A stretch of 64,000 nt of DNA from an uncultured bacterium (GTDB lineage Bacteria; Planctomycetota; UBA1135; GCA-002686595). This document shows, piece after piece, positions 43,151-52,724 of this stretch. The position numbers and the translations under genes were made by a program. Location of the stretch: assembly GCA_943787795.1 (NCBI GenBank), contig CALSNU010000006.1, forward strand, positions 448,001-512,000, read 5' to 3'. Within the stretch, counting starts at the first letter, position 1. Every line of letters starts with the position of its first letter. Under the pieces are notes generated by a model, which saw only the letters and a program-made list of their open reading frames with translations, searched no databases and was not told where the DNA came from.

Positions 43151-43324
43151 TCAGCGCCCCTTGTAGTCCGGGCAGGTGCGTGCGTTGGGGCGCTCCGGCC
43201 GCCGGCACGCGTCGCCGTAGTCCCACTTGCAGCGATCGCAAAGGTAGCCGCCGCCGCCGCCCCCACCGAGGCGCGAGAAGAGCGCCCGGAAGGGCGCGAG
43301 GAGCATGCGGAGCAGCGAGCCCAT
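43151..43324 (-). CDS. Small 57-aa four-cysteine protein (putative metal-binding)
   Basis: Manual translation: MGSLLRMLLAPFRALFSRLGGGGGGGYLCDRCKWDYGDACRRPERPNARTCPDYKGR. GC3-biased codons; starts 52 nt after the upstream gene on the same strand; shorter than any ORF in the track. Confidence 0.75.
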   Translation of the reverse strand: MGSLLRMLLAPFRALFSRLGGGGGGGYLCDRCKWDYGDACRRPERPNARTCPDYKGR

Positions 43325-43376
43325 CGGAGCGATTAGCGCCAGGCGCTGACCTGCGAAGGTCGACGCCTGGCTCGGA

Positions 43377-44582
43377 TCAGCGGCGCGCGGAGCTACCCGC
43401 GAGAACCTCGATGCGACCGATGTCGATCACCGGCGGCGTCGCGCCGGTGGTTGCGGTCGCCATCACGAACGGCTGGATCTCCACGCCGAGGATGCCAAGG
43501 TCATGTCCCTCGAAGAAGGAGAGGTCATACCGTCGCGAGTTGCAGACCACCTCGGCCACGGTCTCTCCGGCGAAGGAGAGGAACCACGCCTCGCGCCCGT
43601 CCACCGTCTTTAGCTCGAGCCACCCGCGCTCACGGAAGCGACCCTGAAGGGCGGAGGCCCGGGCTTCGCGGGTCTCGAGGTACGCGTTGACCTTCGACAG
43701 CTCGGCGTCGTGCTTGAGAGCCTGGTGATTGACATCCTCACGCAGGCTCGCGAGCTCCATGCGAGCGACCGCGGTCCGGTGACGGGTGCGCGCGTTCTGG
43801 AGCGTGATCGTCCCTTCCGGGGCGGACGCGATCACGGCGTCGTACGCCACGACGACGCCGCGCCAGTCCTCGGAGGTCGGGGACCGAAGCTCGATCACGC
43901 GATCGAACTCCGCGTCAGCCTGGGTGAGCTGAAGGGCGGTCTCCTCGGTGATCGTGGGCACGGCGACCTTGCGCTGGGTCGACTCGGACTTCGCCGCTCT
44001 GGCCGTACTCTTCTTGGTCGGCAGGGGCACAGCCGCCGCCTTCCACGCCACGCCGCCCTCGGAGCGATCCACGGGCGTGAGCAGGGACGCCTCGACCCAC
44101 GCTCTCGTGTTCGCGGGCGCCTGGATCAGGACCCAGTCCTCCCCAAGCGAAGCCGCCTTGTTCGCGCGCTTCAGCAGCTTGACCCGCTGACCGGCATTGA
44201 GCTTGGACGAGCGCAGCGGCATGGCGCCGGGGGCAAGGTCCGGGCTCGGACGCATGTTCACCCGCGACCCCGAGACCACGAGGACCCCTTCGACGCTGGT
44301 GGGCTGCAGGTACTTGCCGAAGACCCACACCGGGAACCCGCCACCGACCTCGACCTCCCGGAAGGGAGGGATGCCCTGGCTGGTGGAGAAGGCGCGCACG
44401 ATGGCGCCCGCCTCGACCTCGATGAAGGAGGAGCCGTTGCGGTCCGGGAAGTTGCGGATCGGCGCGGTTCCCGTGGTCCGATAGAACTCGCCGTCCTGCG
44501 CGGGCGCGGAGGCGGATGTCGGCTGTGCGAATGCGAAGGCCGTGGCGAGGATCGCCGCCACGGCGAGGATGCGGTGCTTCAT
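43377..44582 (-). CDS. Secreted protein with two SH3-like domains and a coiled-coil C-terminus
   Basis: Signal peptide MKHRILAVAAILATAFAFA; SH3-like segments IRNFPD...VWVFGKYL and VNMRPSPD...WVLIQAP...AWVEASLL; RBS GGGGA upstream. Confidence 0.75.
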   Translation of the reverse strand: MKHRILAVAAILATAFAFAQPTSASAPAQDGEFYRTTGTAPIRNFPDRNGSSFIEVEAGAIVRAFSTSQGIPPFREVEVGGGFPVWVFGKYLQPTSVEGVLVVSGSRVNMRPSPDLAPGAMPLRSSKLNAGQRVKLLKRANKAASLGEDWVLIQAPANTRAWVEASLLTPVDRSEGGVAWKAAAVPLPTKKSTARAAKSESTQRKVAVPTITEETALQLTQADAEFDRVIELRSPTSEDWRGVVVAYDAVIASAPEGTITLQNARTRHRTAVARMELASLREDVNHQALKHDAELSKVNAYLETREARASALQGRFRERGWLELKTVDGREAWFLSFAGETVAEVVCNSRRYDLSFFEGHDLGILGVEIQPFVMATATTGATPPVIDIGRIEVLAGSSARR

Positions 44583-44880
44583 GTTGGATTCCCCTCTCTG
44601 ATACCCCTCGATGCGCGGGCCCCGACACGTGCGGTGCGGAGGGATAGGGACCCGAGCGTGAACAGAGGCGCGACCTGCGCCTCGCGGTGAACTCTAGAGA
44701 TCGGAGACACCCCATTCCAGCCACAGCAGCCGGTCCTGGGACGCCTTCGGGGGCCTGCGGACCGCCGGAGCCCCCCCAGAGGAGGCTGGCCGCAGGATTT
44801 TGGGGCCCAGGACTCCCCCTCGGGGGCTGGATGCGAGCCGGGAGGGGGACTAATCTTTCGGCGCCCAAGGGGGTGTCACC

Positions 44881-45264
44881 ATGCGAGAGTTCCTTCGAGC
44901 CAAGATCCACCGCGCCACCGTGACGGAGGCCAACCTCGATTACATGGGCTCCGTGACCATCGACTCCGAGCTGATGGAGCGCGTCGACATCCAGGCCTAC
45001 GAGAAGGTCCTCATCGTGGACAACACGAACGGCGCCCGCCTCGAGACCTACGCCATCCCCGGTGAGCCGGGGTCGGGGGTGCTCTGCATCAACGGCGCCG
45101 CCGCGCACCTCGTCAACGCTGGCGACCAGGTCATCTTGATGGCCTTCAGCTACGGAGACGCGGCGGGGAAGCCCCGACAGATCCTCGTGGATGAGCGCAA
45201 CGCCTACGTCCGTGAGATCGAGCCCGCCGAGCGCGGCGTCATCGAGCCGACGCCGGCCCCCTGA
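44881..45264 (+). CDS. panD: Aspartate 1-decarboxylase
   Basis: [17 protein letters not shown] (G/S self-cleavage site), NGARLETY and INGAAAH. Confidence 0.97.
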   Translation: MREFLRAKIHRATVTEANLDYMGSVTIDSELMERVDIQAYEKVLIVDNTNGARLETYAIPGEPGSGVLCINGAAAHLVNAGDQVILMAFSYGDAAGKPRQILVDERNAYVREIEPAERGVIEPTPAP

Positions 45265-45296
45265 GCTCGAACGGCCCGCCTTGCTGGTCCCAGGGG

Positions 45297-45470
45297 GCCC
45301 CGGCCCACGGCCCGGCCCACGGCCCGGCCAAGATCAACGCCAAGACCCCAGGCCGCTGACGTCCGGTTCGCCTGGCTCCGGCCCGCGGAGATTCGGCCCG
45401 CTGAGATTGGGCCCGCGGAGGTTCCGCCTGCTGAGGTTCGGCCTGCTGATGCCTGGCTCGCCGAGGCCTA
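45297..45470. repeat. Degenerate 12-bp then 15-bp period tandem repeats
   Basis: CCCGGCCCACGG about 2.5 times, then about 5 GGCCCGCGGAGATTC-like units, between convergent panD and larC. Confidence 0.65.
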
Positions 45471-45488
45471 GCTTGCCGCTCCACCGGC

Positions 45489-45557
45489 GCTCGAAGGACG
45501 CGGCGCTCGAAGGACGCGGCGCTCGAACGACGCGACGCTCGAAGGACGCGGCGCTCA
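45489..45557. repeat. 16-bp tandem repeat GCTCGAAGGACGCGGC, 4 units, running into the larC stop codon
   Basis: Units start at 45489, 45505, 45521 and 45537, followed by GCTCA. Confidence 0.93.
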
Positions 45558-46847
45558 GGCGGGCCCGGCACGCGCGGCCTCTGCGACCGCGAGGGCGTGG
45601 GCCTCACGCAGCGGAATGTCCAGGTGGCGCGCGAGGCGCACCGCATCGTCGTGCTCGCAGAACAGATCCCGCTCGCCCTCCGGGCTCCGCCCGGCGTAGG
45701 GCGGACGAAGGCGCTCCTTGACCCGGAGCTCGACCCCGTCCACGGTCACCTTGCGGGTGCGGCGTCCAGCCTCGATCCGCTGGGCGGCCGACCAGCGCAC
45801 GCCGAAGGTCGACGAGCGCTCAAAGAGCAGGGCCGCCATCGCCGGACGCTGCTCAGGCCGAACCAGCGCCGTGAGCACGACGCCGGGCCGGTCCTTCTTC
45901 ATGAAGATCGGGGCCGTCCATACCTCCAAGGCCCCCGCCCCACGCAGCCCCGCCACGAGATCCCCGATCGCCTCCGCAGACATGTCGTCGAGGTTCACAC
46001 GGACCTCCTCGACGTCTCCATCGACGTCACCGATGTCGCCGCCGCGCTCTCGAGACTCGGAGGCTTCCCCGAGCTGGACCCGAAGCAGATTGGGCGGCCC
46101 CTCCTTCGGGTCGCGGGTGCCCGCGCCGTACCCCACCCGCTCGACCCTCCACTCCTGCGAAGGGAGCTCGAAGGTGGAGACGCCGTCACCTCGTCCGAGC
46201 GCCCCCATCTCGGCCAGTAGCGCAGCGCCCGTCGGGGTGCAGCGCTCGCCCCCACCGCCGCCCACGCGCTGAGGTAGCCCGCGCAGGAGCTCGGCGGTCG
46301 CGGGCGCGGGGACCGGCATCTCCCCGTGGGCGCAGGTGACGGTGCCGGCGCCAAGGATCGGGGGAGAGATGTAGACGCGGCCGACGTCGAGACGGTCCAG
46401 CGCGAGGGCTGCGCCCCCGACGTCCACCAGCGTGTCCACGGCCCCGACCTCGTGGAAGTGCACCTCCTGGGGACTGCACCCGTGCACGCGGCCCTCGGCC
46501 TCCGCAATGCGCGTCAGCACCCGCACCGCGAAGTGCCTCGCCCGCGCGGACAGCTTCGACCGCCCGAGGATCAAGGTCAGGTCAGCGAGCCCGCGGTGCG
46601 GGGCCTGGCCCGTCTCGGGCGTCCGGACGTCGAGGTGCTTTCCCGAGAGGGAGCCTCTCCAGACCGTCTCCGACGCGAACGCAGCCTCCCCTGGCAGCAG
46701 GTCCTCAGCGAACTCGACGAGGTCCTCGAGTTGAAAACGGGGATCCTCGAGACCCAGCAGCCCTGCGAGGAACATGTCCCCCGCCATCCCCCCGAAGGGC
46801 TCCACGAGGAGCATCCCGCCCCCTTGATCCACGTCTGCGCTTGCCAT
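45555..46847 (-). CDS. larC: LarC-family nickel insertion protein (nickel-pincer cofactor biosynthesis)
   Basis: GGMAGDMFL, AEAEGRVHG, VHFHEVGAVDTLVD, HGEMPVPAPAT, TPTGAA, GYGAG, NLDD and MKKDRPG. Confidence 0.92.
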   Translation of the reverse strand: MASADVDQGGGMLLVEPFGGMAGDMFLAGLLGLEDPRFQLEDLVEFAEDLLPGEAAFASETVWRGSLSGKHLDVRTPETGQAPHRGLADLTLILGRSKLSARARHFAVRVLTRIAEAEGRVHGCSPQEVHFHEVGAVDTLVDVGGAALALDRLDVGRVYISPPILGAGTVTCAHGEMPVPAPATAELLRGLPQRVGGGGGERCTPTGAALLAEMGALGRGDGVSTFELPSQEWRVERVGYGAGTRDPKEGPPNLLRVQLGEASESRERGGDIGDVDGDVEEVRVNLDDMSAEAIGDLVAGLRGAGALEVWTAPIFMKKDRPGVVLTALVRPEQRPAMAALLFERSSTFGVRWSAAQRIEAGRRTRKVTVDGVELRVKERLRPPYAGRSPEGERDLFCEHDDAVRLARHLDIPLREAHALAVAEAARAGPA

Positions 46848-47037
46848 GCCGATGAGGGTAACCCGTGGGCCCAGGCGCCGTGCCATCCGAACCCGCCCGC
46901 GGCCGCTCGCCGGCATCGCCAAGGGGTTTCGCCGAGGGGTTTCGCCAAGGCGTCTCGCCGAGGAGACCCGACCCGGAGGTCGGTCATGGAGACCGCCCCC
47001 CCCGGGAGCAGGCTTCTTGCTTGGCCCTCTAGCCCGG

Positions 47038-47076
47038 CCGGCTAGATCGGCCGGCTAGATCAGCCGGCTAGATCGG
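47038..47076. repeat. 13-bp tandem repeat CCGGCTAGATC(G/A)G, 3 units
   Basis: Read directly from the sequence; intergenic between comF and larC. Confidence 0.9.
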
Positions 47077-47123
47077 CCCACGAGGTCGAGACAGCGGTTC
47101 AGTACGGACGATCCGGGCGGCGA

Positions 47124-48305
47124 TCAGGCCCGGGCCAAGGCCAGGACCCGAACCCGCCCAGCCCCCGCTGCCCTGAGAGTTCGCGCGCAGGCGTCCGCGG
47201 TCGCCCCGCTGGTGAGCACATCGTCCACCAACCACACGTCGGCGCCCCCCAGCGGACGCCCCTTGAAGCGAAAGGCCCCGCGGACGTTGCTCCTCCTGGT
47301 CGCCGCGCCCGCGGAGCCCTGGGCCGGCGTGGCGCGGCGCCTGCGGAGGACGGACGCGGCGCGCCCGACGCCCCGGAGCTCGAGCTCGCGCGCGAGGAGG
47401 CGCGGGGGATCATGTCCGCGCTCAAGGCTGCGCGACACATGCGAGGGCACGGGGACGAGGAGGTCAAAGGGGCCGGGCCCCATGATCCCGGGTGCTCGCG
47501 CCTCGCCTCGGTTTCGGCGTCGACCCCCGCCGTGAACTCTGCCGTGAACTTTGCCGAGCTCTTTGCCGAGCTCTTTGCCGAGCTCTCTGCCGAGCGGCTG
47601 GCCACAGGCCCCGTCGCTCGAACGGGCCTCCTTTGGGCCGGCCAGGGGCTCGGCGGACGCCGCCAACCTCGAGGCGCGTCCGGCCCGACCAGGGACGCCC
47701 CCCGTCTCGGCAGCGGTCCCTTCGGAGGGCTGTTCCGCCATCACCTGATCCATCACCTGATCCAGGGCCTGCACCATCGCCTGGGCCAGAGGCGCAGCAA
47801 GATCTCGCCGGCCGCCGTGCTTGAAGGCGAGGATCGCACCGCGGACCGCGACGTCGCTGTAGGGAAAGGGCGCGACCACGCTGGCGAACGCGGGGCTCCA
47901 CCTTCGGCAGCCGGCGCATCGCGTGCCGCCCGCCATCCCAGGCGGGAGACGCCCAGCGCACCGCCCGCACCGTGGGCCCGCGAGGCCCGGCCTGAGCTGA
48001 TGGGATGGGCACCACGCCGCAGGCTCAAGAGTCGGCCCAAGAGTAGGTCCAGCAGCAGGCCCACCAGCAGGCCCAGCAACAAACTCAGCAGCAAACTCAG
48101 CAGCAGACTCAGCAGATGTCGCAAGAGCCGCAGCAGCAGAGCCTTCATCCGGGGCCAGCCTCCCCGACCCCGTGCCACCCAGCACTCGGGACCAGCGCGC
48201 ATCGGGGACCGCTGGCGAAGGATCCACCCCCCGCCCGCAGAGCCAGCACCTCGCAGGCCAGACCCCCTCGGTGAAGTCGGTCCAGAGGTCCCTCGCGATG
48301 CCCAT
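47124..48305 (-). CDS. comF: ComF-family double-zinc-ribbon phosphoribosyltransferase with repeat-derived insertions
   Basis: WPARCWLC, CGRCA, CAGC, AILAFKHGG, LVPVP, RRSNVRGAF and LVDDVLTSGAT. Confidence 0.88.
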   Translation of the reverse strand: MGIARDLWTDFTEGVWPARCWLCGRGVDPSPAVPDARWSRVLGGTGSGRLAPDEGSAAAALATSAESAAEFAAEFVAGPAGGPAAGPTLGPTLEPAAWCPSHQLRPGLAGPRCGRCAGRLPPGMAGGTRCAGCRRWSPAFASVVAPFPYSDVAVRGAILAFKHGGRRDLAAPLAQAMVQALDQVMDQVMAEQPSEGTAAETGGVPGRAGRASRLAASAEPLAGPKEARSSDGACGQPLGRELGKELGKELGKVHGRVHGGGRRRNRGEARAPGIMGPGPFDLLVPVPSHVSRSLERGHDPPRLLARELELRGVGRAASVLRRRRATPAQGSAGAATRRSNVRGAFRFKGRPLGGADVWLVDDVLTSGATADACARTLRAAGAGRVRVLALARA

Positions 48306-48324
48306 GCTCGCAGGACGAATCAAC

Positions 48325-48385
48325 CGAGCCGTGGTGTCGAGCCGTGGTGTCGAGCCGTGGTGTCGAGCCGTGGTGTCGAGCCGTG
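48325..48385. repeat. 13-bp perfect tandem repeat CGAGCCGTGGTGT, 4 units plus a partial unit
   Basis: Read directly from the sequence; about 20 nt upstream of the comF start. Confidence 0.95.
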
Positions 48386-48524
48386 AAGCCGAGCCCGATC
48401 CATCACCCTGGGCGTCACGCGCCCCTTGGCCTCGAGAGCGCCGCTTGGCCCTTGGAGCGGCCCGGGAGCCCAGAGCGTGACCCGTGGCAAGACCCAGGCG
48501 AGGACGGGCAGGCCTCGGGTCCCC

Positions 48525-49181
48525 TCAGATCGCTTCTTCGGCGGCCTCGAGGTCGAAGTCCTCGGGGAGCCCGCGGGCGATCCCGAGCTGGGTCACGCCG
48601 CGACGCTCGGCCGGGGCGCGCTCCTCCGCGGGGGCCTGCTGAGGGAGGCCCGTCTCTCGGATGAGGCGGCCCACGTAGTCCTCAACGGTGTCGTCCTCGC
48701 TCGACTCGACTCCGAACAGGTCCCCGACCTCGCGGGCCATGGTGGGCTCGGCGCGGAAGTCCCTGGGGTTCTGGTTGAAGTACTCCCGGACGTAGCGGCG
48801 GAAGGCCCAGACCGACCACCACCAGCCGCTGAACAGCAGGGCGATCGCGGCGGCGACGATTACCCCCACCCAGACCATGTTGAGCGGAGGCCCCTCGGGG
48901 CCCGCCGTCCTGAACTGCCCCACCAGCTGAAGCCCGAAGCCCGTCAGCAGGAAGGCGAACCCCAGGGTGGTCTGGACTCGGTTGTAGACGTACTCGCGCA
49001 CCGACTGCAGCCGGCCGTAGCTGCGCCCGAAGTAGCGAGCGACGAGCGAGCGGGGGTGCTCGAAGAGGGTCGAGTTGGCGATCAAGAAGGCGCCAATGAT
49101 GCAGAGGACCAGGCCAAGAGAGGTCCAGTCGGCGGCCCCGAAGAGGTCGTCGTCAGGGCGGATCAGGGCCAGGATCAACAT
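48525..49181 (-). CDS. Hypothetical membrane protein (about 3 TM)
   Basis: From ATG 49181; three hydrophobic segments and GC3-biased codons. Confidence 0.7.
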   Translation of the reverse strand: MLILALIRPDDDLFGAADWTSLGLVLCIIGAFLIANSTLFEHPRSLVARYFGRSYGRLQSVREYVYNRVQTTLGFAFLLTGFGLQLVGQFRTAGPEGPPLNMVWVGVIVAAAIALLFSGWWWSVWAFRRYVREYFNQNPRDFRAEPTMAREVGDLFGVESSEDDTVEDYVGRLIRETGLPQQAPAEERAPAERRGVTQLGIARGLPEDFDLEAAEEAI

Positions 49182-49341
49182 GGGGGAAAGGTAGAACCCC
49201 GAACGGGGCGGGGCAAGCGAGGGCACAAAAAGGCCCAGCAGACGGGATCCCAGGGGGGCTCGACTGGCTCCGGGGGGGAGTCGCTTGAAGTGAGGACCGG
49301 CCGGGAACAAGCTTCAGGCGGGCATCCTGCCCCACAAGCCC

Positions 49342-50118
49342 ATGAAGATCCACGAACCGAACGCTGAGCTGACCGCGCGACAGGACTGGACCGACGGGCT
49401 GGCGACCTTCTCCGTCCGCCCCCTGGACTGGGAGTTCCCGTCCTTTGTCCCCGGCCAGTTCACCAACCTCGCGCTGCCCGAAGGCGAGGACTGGGACACC
49501 GAGACCGGCGCCAACATCCGGCGCGCATATTCGATCGCGTCCGTCCCAGGCGCCGAGACGGTCGACTTCTTCATCCGGCGCGTGGACGGCGGAGCCCTGA
49601 CCCCGAAGCTCTTCGAGCTCCCCATCGGCGGCAAGCTCTTCCTCGAGCCGCGCTGCGCCGGCCACTTCACCCTCGCCGGCGCCACCGACAGCGAGGACCT
49701 CATCCTGGTGGGTACCGGCACCGGCGTGGCCCCCTACCGGCCCATGCTGCTCGACCGCGCCTCCCGGGAACGCTTCGGCCGCACGATCATCCTCTACAGC
49801 GACCGGTACGTCCGGGACCTCGGCTACGTGGAGGAGTTCCGCGAGATGGAGGACGAGAGCTTCCGGTTCTTCCCGACGATCACCGGGGAGGAGCCCGCCG
49901 ACGCCTGGGATGGGCTGCGCGGTCGGGTCAACAAGTTCCTCGACCCCGAGGCCTTTGAGGCGCTGACCGGCAAGCCGCTCAGCCCCGATCGTTGCCAGGT
50001 CTTCCTCTGCGGTAACCCGCAGATGATCGTGGACGTGCAGGAGAAGCTCTCCCCCCTTGGCTTCCAGCGACACCGCAAGCGAGACCCGGGCCAGCTCCAC
50101 ATGGAGAAGTACTGGTAG
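49342..50118 (+). CDS. fpr: Ferredoxin--NADP+ reductase
   Basis: FVPGQF, RRAYSIAS, GGALTPKL, GTGTGVAPY, CGNPQMI and C-terminal EKYW. Confidence 0.93.
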   Translation: MKIHEPNAELTARQDWTDGLATFSVRPLDWEFPSFVPGQFTNLALPEGEDWDTETGANIRRAYSIASVPGAETVDFFIRRVDGGALTPKLFELPIGGKLFLEPRCAGHFTLAGATDSEDLILVGTGTGVAPYRPMLLDRASRERFGRTIILYSDRYVRDLGYVEEFREMEDESFRFFPTITGEEPADAWDGLRGRVNKFLDPEAFEALTGKPLSPDRCQVFLCGNPQMIVDVQEKLSPLGFQRHRKRDPGQLHMEKYW

Positions 50119-50142
50119 GGAAAGGCGTCCTGCCGACGGACC

Positions 50143-51621
50143 TCAGCGGGGCACGAGGAGCAATCGGGGACCGATGGGCGCGCCCGTCGGAGGGACCACC
50201 GGCTTCTGGCCGGCGATCGCGCCCGAGTCGAGCCGCTCCTCGACCCGGTAGTTCCGGGTGAGCGCATCCAAGCTGGCCCAGACACTCAGCTCCACCCCGA
50301 GCACGATCGCGGCGAAGCGGCGCCCGTCCAGGCTGGCGGAGAGGTCCTCGAAGAACACCTCTGCCTCCTCGCGCTCCCGGCTCTTGAGCAGGTCCGCGAT
50401 CGCCATGGCATGGACCCCACCGGGCCCCCGGCCGTCGATGGACCCGTGGGGCTGCCAGACCGGGCCCTCTATTGCGCTGACGCGCTCATCGAGCTCCGCG
50501 AGCCGAGCCTGCTCCGCATCCCCAGGCAGGGCCGCGCCGGGGTGACAGAGGATCAGCCACGGGAACAGCGCGAGCGCCAGCGCCGCGGCCACCCGAGGCC
50601 GCACCGTGGCCGCGCGTGCCGCGATGGGCCCCGCCGCCCAGGCCAGGGCCAAGGCCGCCGGGAGCAAGGTGTTCCGGTATCCCCCTTCGTGGGCTCGGCC
50701 AGCCCAGGCGACCGCGACCAGCGCCAGCAGACTGCACCACTCCGCAGGGTGCATGGGCTCCGAGGCCGGGGCCCCGCGGGGCGCGCGGCTGGCTAGCCAC
50801 GTGAGGACCAGGAGCGGGGCCCAGGCGAGCAGGAGGTCCGGCAGGAAGCCCACCGCTGCGGGCCTGTTGAGGGGGCTCCCGGCGAGCACCGAGAACACAT
50901 GAAACCCGAACCACCCGTCGGTGGAACGCTCCAGGGCGAGGACGGCTCCGGTGAGCACGACGGCAGCAACGAAACCCGCCGCCAGCCCAGCGGCGCGCGA
51001 ACCGCGCCGCACGCAGAGCCCGACGATCAACCCCACCAGCGGCCCGAGGGCGGTCTGCTTGGCGAGGACCGCCGCGGCCCCCAGCAGCCCCGCCGCCGCG
51101 CCCCAGGCGGGCCGCCCTGCCAGCGACCGGGGGGAGGTCCCCACCAGCATCGACGCCGCCGTCAGGGCCAGGGCGAGGGAGTCCACCCGCGCGATCAGCG
51201 TCCAGGTCCCCGTCCAGCCGTCGGCGGCCACGAACAGGCCCGCCCCCATGAGCCCCGCGGCCAGGCCGGCGCGCCTGCGCCCCGCCAGCACCAGGCTGGC
51301 GAGCGCGAGCATGAGCGAGAGGGCCGAGACGGACCGGAGGTCACTCAGCGCACCGCCTCCCCCGCCGATGAAGAGGGCGCCGAGCCAGTGGAAGAGCGGC
51401 GGGTATGGGAAGGCGGTGAAGTCCACCGAGGGCTGCTGGTAGACCGGTAGCCCCTGAGCCGCCCGTGACGCGTGCTCGAACATGGCGGACTCCTGCCACT
51501 CGAGCGCGAAGGGGTATTGGATCCAATCCTGAGCGCCGAGCCACCAGAACGTCAGCCACGCCACGGCAGCCGCAGCGCCTAGCCTGACCGCCAGGGGGGG
51601 AGCGGCTTGTTCGGGCTCCAT
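50143..51621 (-). CDS. Multi-pass membrane glycosyltransferase-like protein (GT-C / ArnT-PMT-like)
   Basis: YPFALEWQE, FPYPPLF, ARVDSL and LAKQT motifs with many TM segments. Confidence 0.65.
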   Translation of the reverse strand: MEPEQAAPPLAVRLGAAAAVAWLTFWWLGAQDWIQYPFALEWQESAMFEHASRAAQGLPVYQQPSVDFTAFPYPPLFHWLGALFIGGGGGALSDLRSVSALSLMLALASLVLAGRRRAGLAAGLMGAGLFVAADGWTGTWTLIARVDSLALALTAASMLVGTSPRSLAGRPAWGAAAGLLGAAAVLAKQTALGPLVGLIVGLCVRRGSRAAGLAAGFVAAVVLTGAVLALERSTDGWFGFHVFSVLAGSPLNRPAAVGFLPDLLLAWAPLLVLTWLASRAPRGAPASEPMHPAEWCSLLALVAVAWAGRAHEGGYRNTLLPAALALAWAAGPIAARAATVRPRVAAALALALFPWLILCHPGAALPGDAEQARLAELDERVSAIEGPVWQPHGSIDGRGPGGVHAMAIADLLKSREREEAEVFFEDLSASLDGRRFAAIVLGVELSVWASLDALTRNYRVEERLDSGAIAGQKPVVPPTGAPIGPRLLLVPR

Positions 51622-51627
51622 CGCGGC

Positions 51628-52602
51628 CTACTCGAAGGAGGCCGTCGCGGAGTACTCTCCCTCGAAGTACTGGACCTGCTTCACGGACTGGTCCCCCATG
51701 GTCTGGGTGTTCGAGGTGTTCATCTCGACGTCCGCCTCCATCTCCATGGAGATGGCGATGCCGGCCTCCATGTTCCAGAGCAGGGTGCCGGAGACGTCAA
51801 AGGAGAACTCGAAGCCCTGCTGGAGCTCGAGCCCCTCAGGGGCCCCCTCGGGAGTCTCGCGGTCGAGCTCGATCTCCGTGTCCACGACCCCCTCGAAGAC
51901 CACCTCGGCGACGCCGTCCTCGATGGACTTGAGGGTCACCTCGAAGTCCCCGCTCAGATTGTCCTCGAACTGCTCACCGAACTCGTTGTCGTCGTCCGAC
52001 TCATCCTCCGAGTCGATCTTGAGGTCACCGGAGGGAGACGTGATGAGCGTGAAGACCTCCGCCTCGACCTCCCAGCTGTCGCCCACCTCGACCTCCTCGC
52101 CAGGGAACATGAAGAGGAAATCCGCGTCGCCCTCGAGGTCCTCGAGCAGGTCCTCGTCCCCTTCCTCGTCTTCACCAAAGGCCGCGGCATAGACCTCCTC
52201 GTCGGCGTCCCAGGCGAACACCACCGTGACCCCCGTGAGCTCGCTCTCACCCTCGGTGGCCTCCTCGCCCCCCTCGCCGTCCGGCATGCTCACCGTCTGG
52301 GTGCTGGAGTCCTCAAGGGTGTCGAAGGTCCGGGCAATCTTGGTCCCGCGTCCGTCCTCCACGGCGAGGTACTCGTCCGTGAACACCACCAGCTCGTTGT
52401 CCTCGATGGTCACCTCGGGGAGCTGATCCTCGGGGACCTCTTGCTCCTCGTCGCCGAACTCGATGCTGATGCTCTGCAGCTCCATCTTGAGGGCGTTCTC
52501 GTAGGTCTTCGTCACCTTGGTCCCGGCGTCCACCGCCACGGAGGGCGTGTCTGAAAGGAAGAGCGCAGGAGCGAGGAGAGCGAGGGCGAAGGCTTGATGC
52601 AT
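51628..52602 (-). CDS. Highly acidic secreted hypothetical protein
   Basis: Signal peptide followed by a very D/E-rich sequence with a beta-strand pattern. Confidence 0.75.
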   Translation of the reverse strand: MHQAFALALLAPALFLSDTPSVAVDAGTKVTKTYENALKMELQSISIEFGDEEQEVPEDQLPEVTIEDNELVVFTDEYLAVEDGRGTKIARTFDTLEDSSTQTVSMPDGEGGEEATEGESELTGVTVVFAWDADEEVYAAAFGEDEEGDEDLLEDLEGDADFLFMFPGEEVEVGDSWEVEAEVFTLITSPSGDLKIDSEDESDDDNEFGEQFEDNLSGDFEVTLKSIEDGVAEVVFEGVVDTEIELDRETPEGAPEGLELQQGFEFSFDVSGTLLWNMEAGIAISMEMEADVEMNTSNTQTMGDQSVKQVQYFEGEYSATASFE

Positions 52603-52724
52603 CGGGGCTGCGAAGGAGATTCGATCTAGATGAGCGCGCCGCGGAGCGCGGGGCGGCGTGAGGCCAGATGGTAGCCTCGCTCGGCCGCCAGCCTCTCGGT
52701 CACACGCGAAGATTCCCGGGGCGA

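Noticed and set aside
42679..43647. ORFs 42679..43647, 42739..43266 and 42788..43336
   Set aside because: They are translations of the 15-bp drifting repeat. The credible gene here is the 57-aa ORF at 43151..43324.
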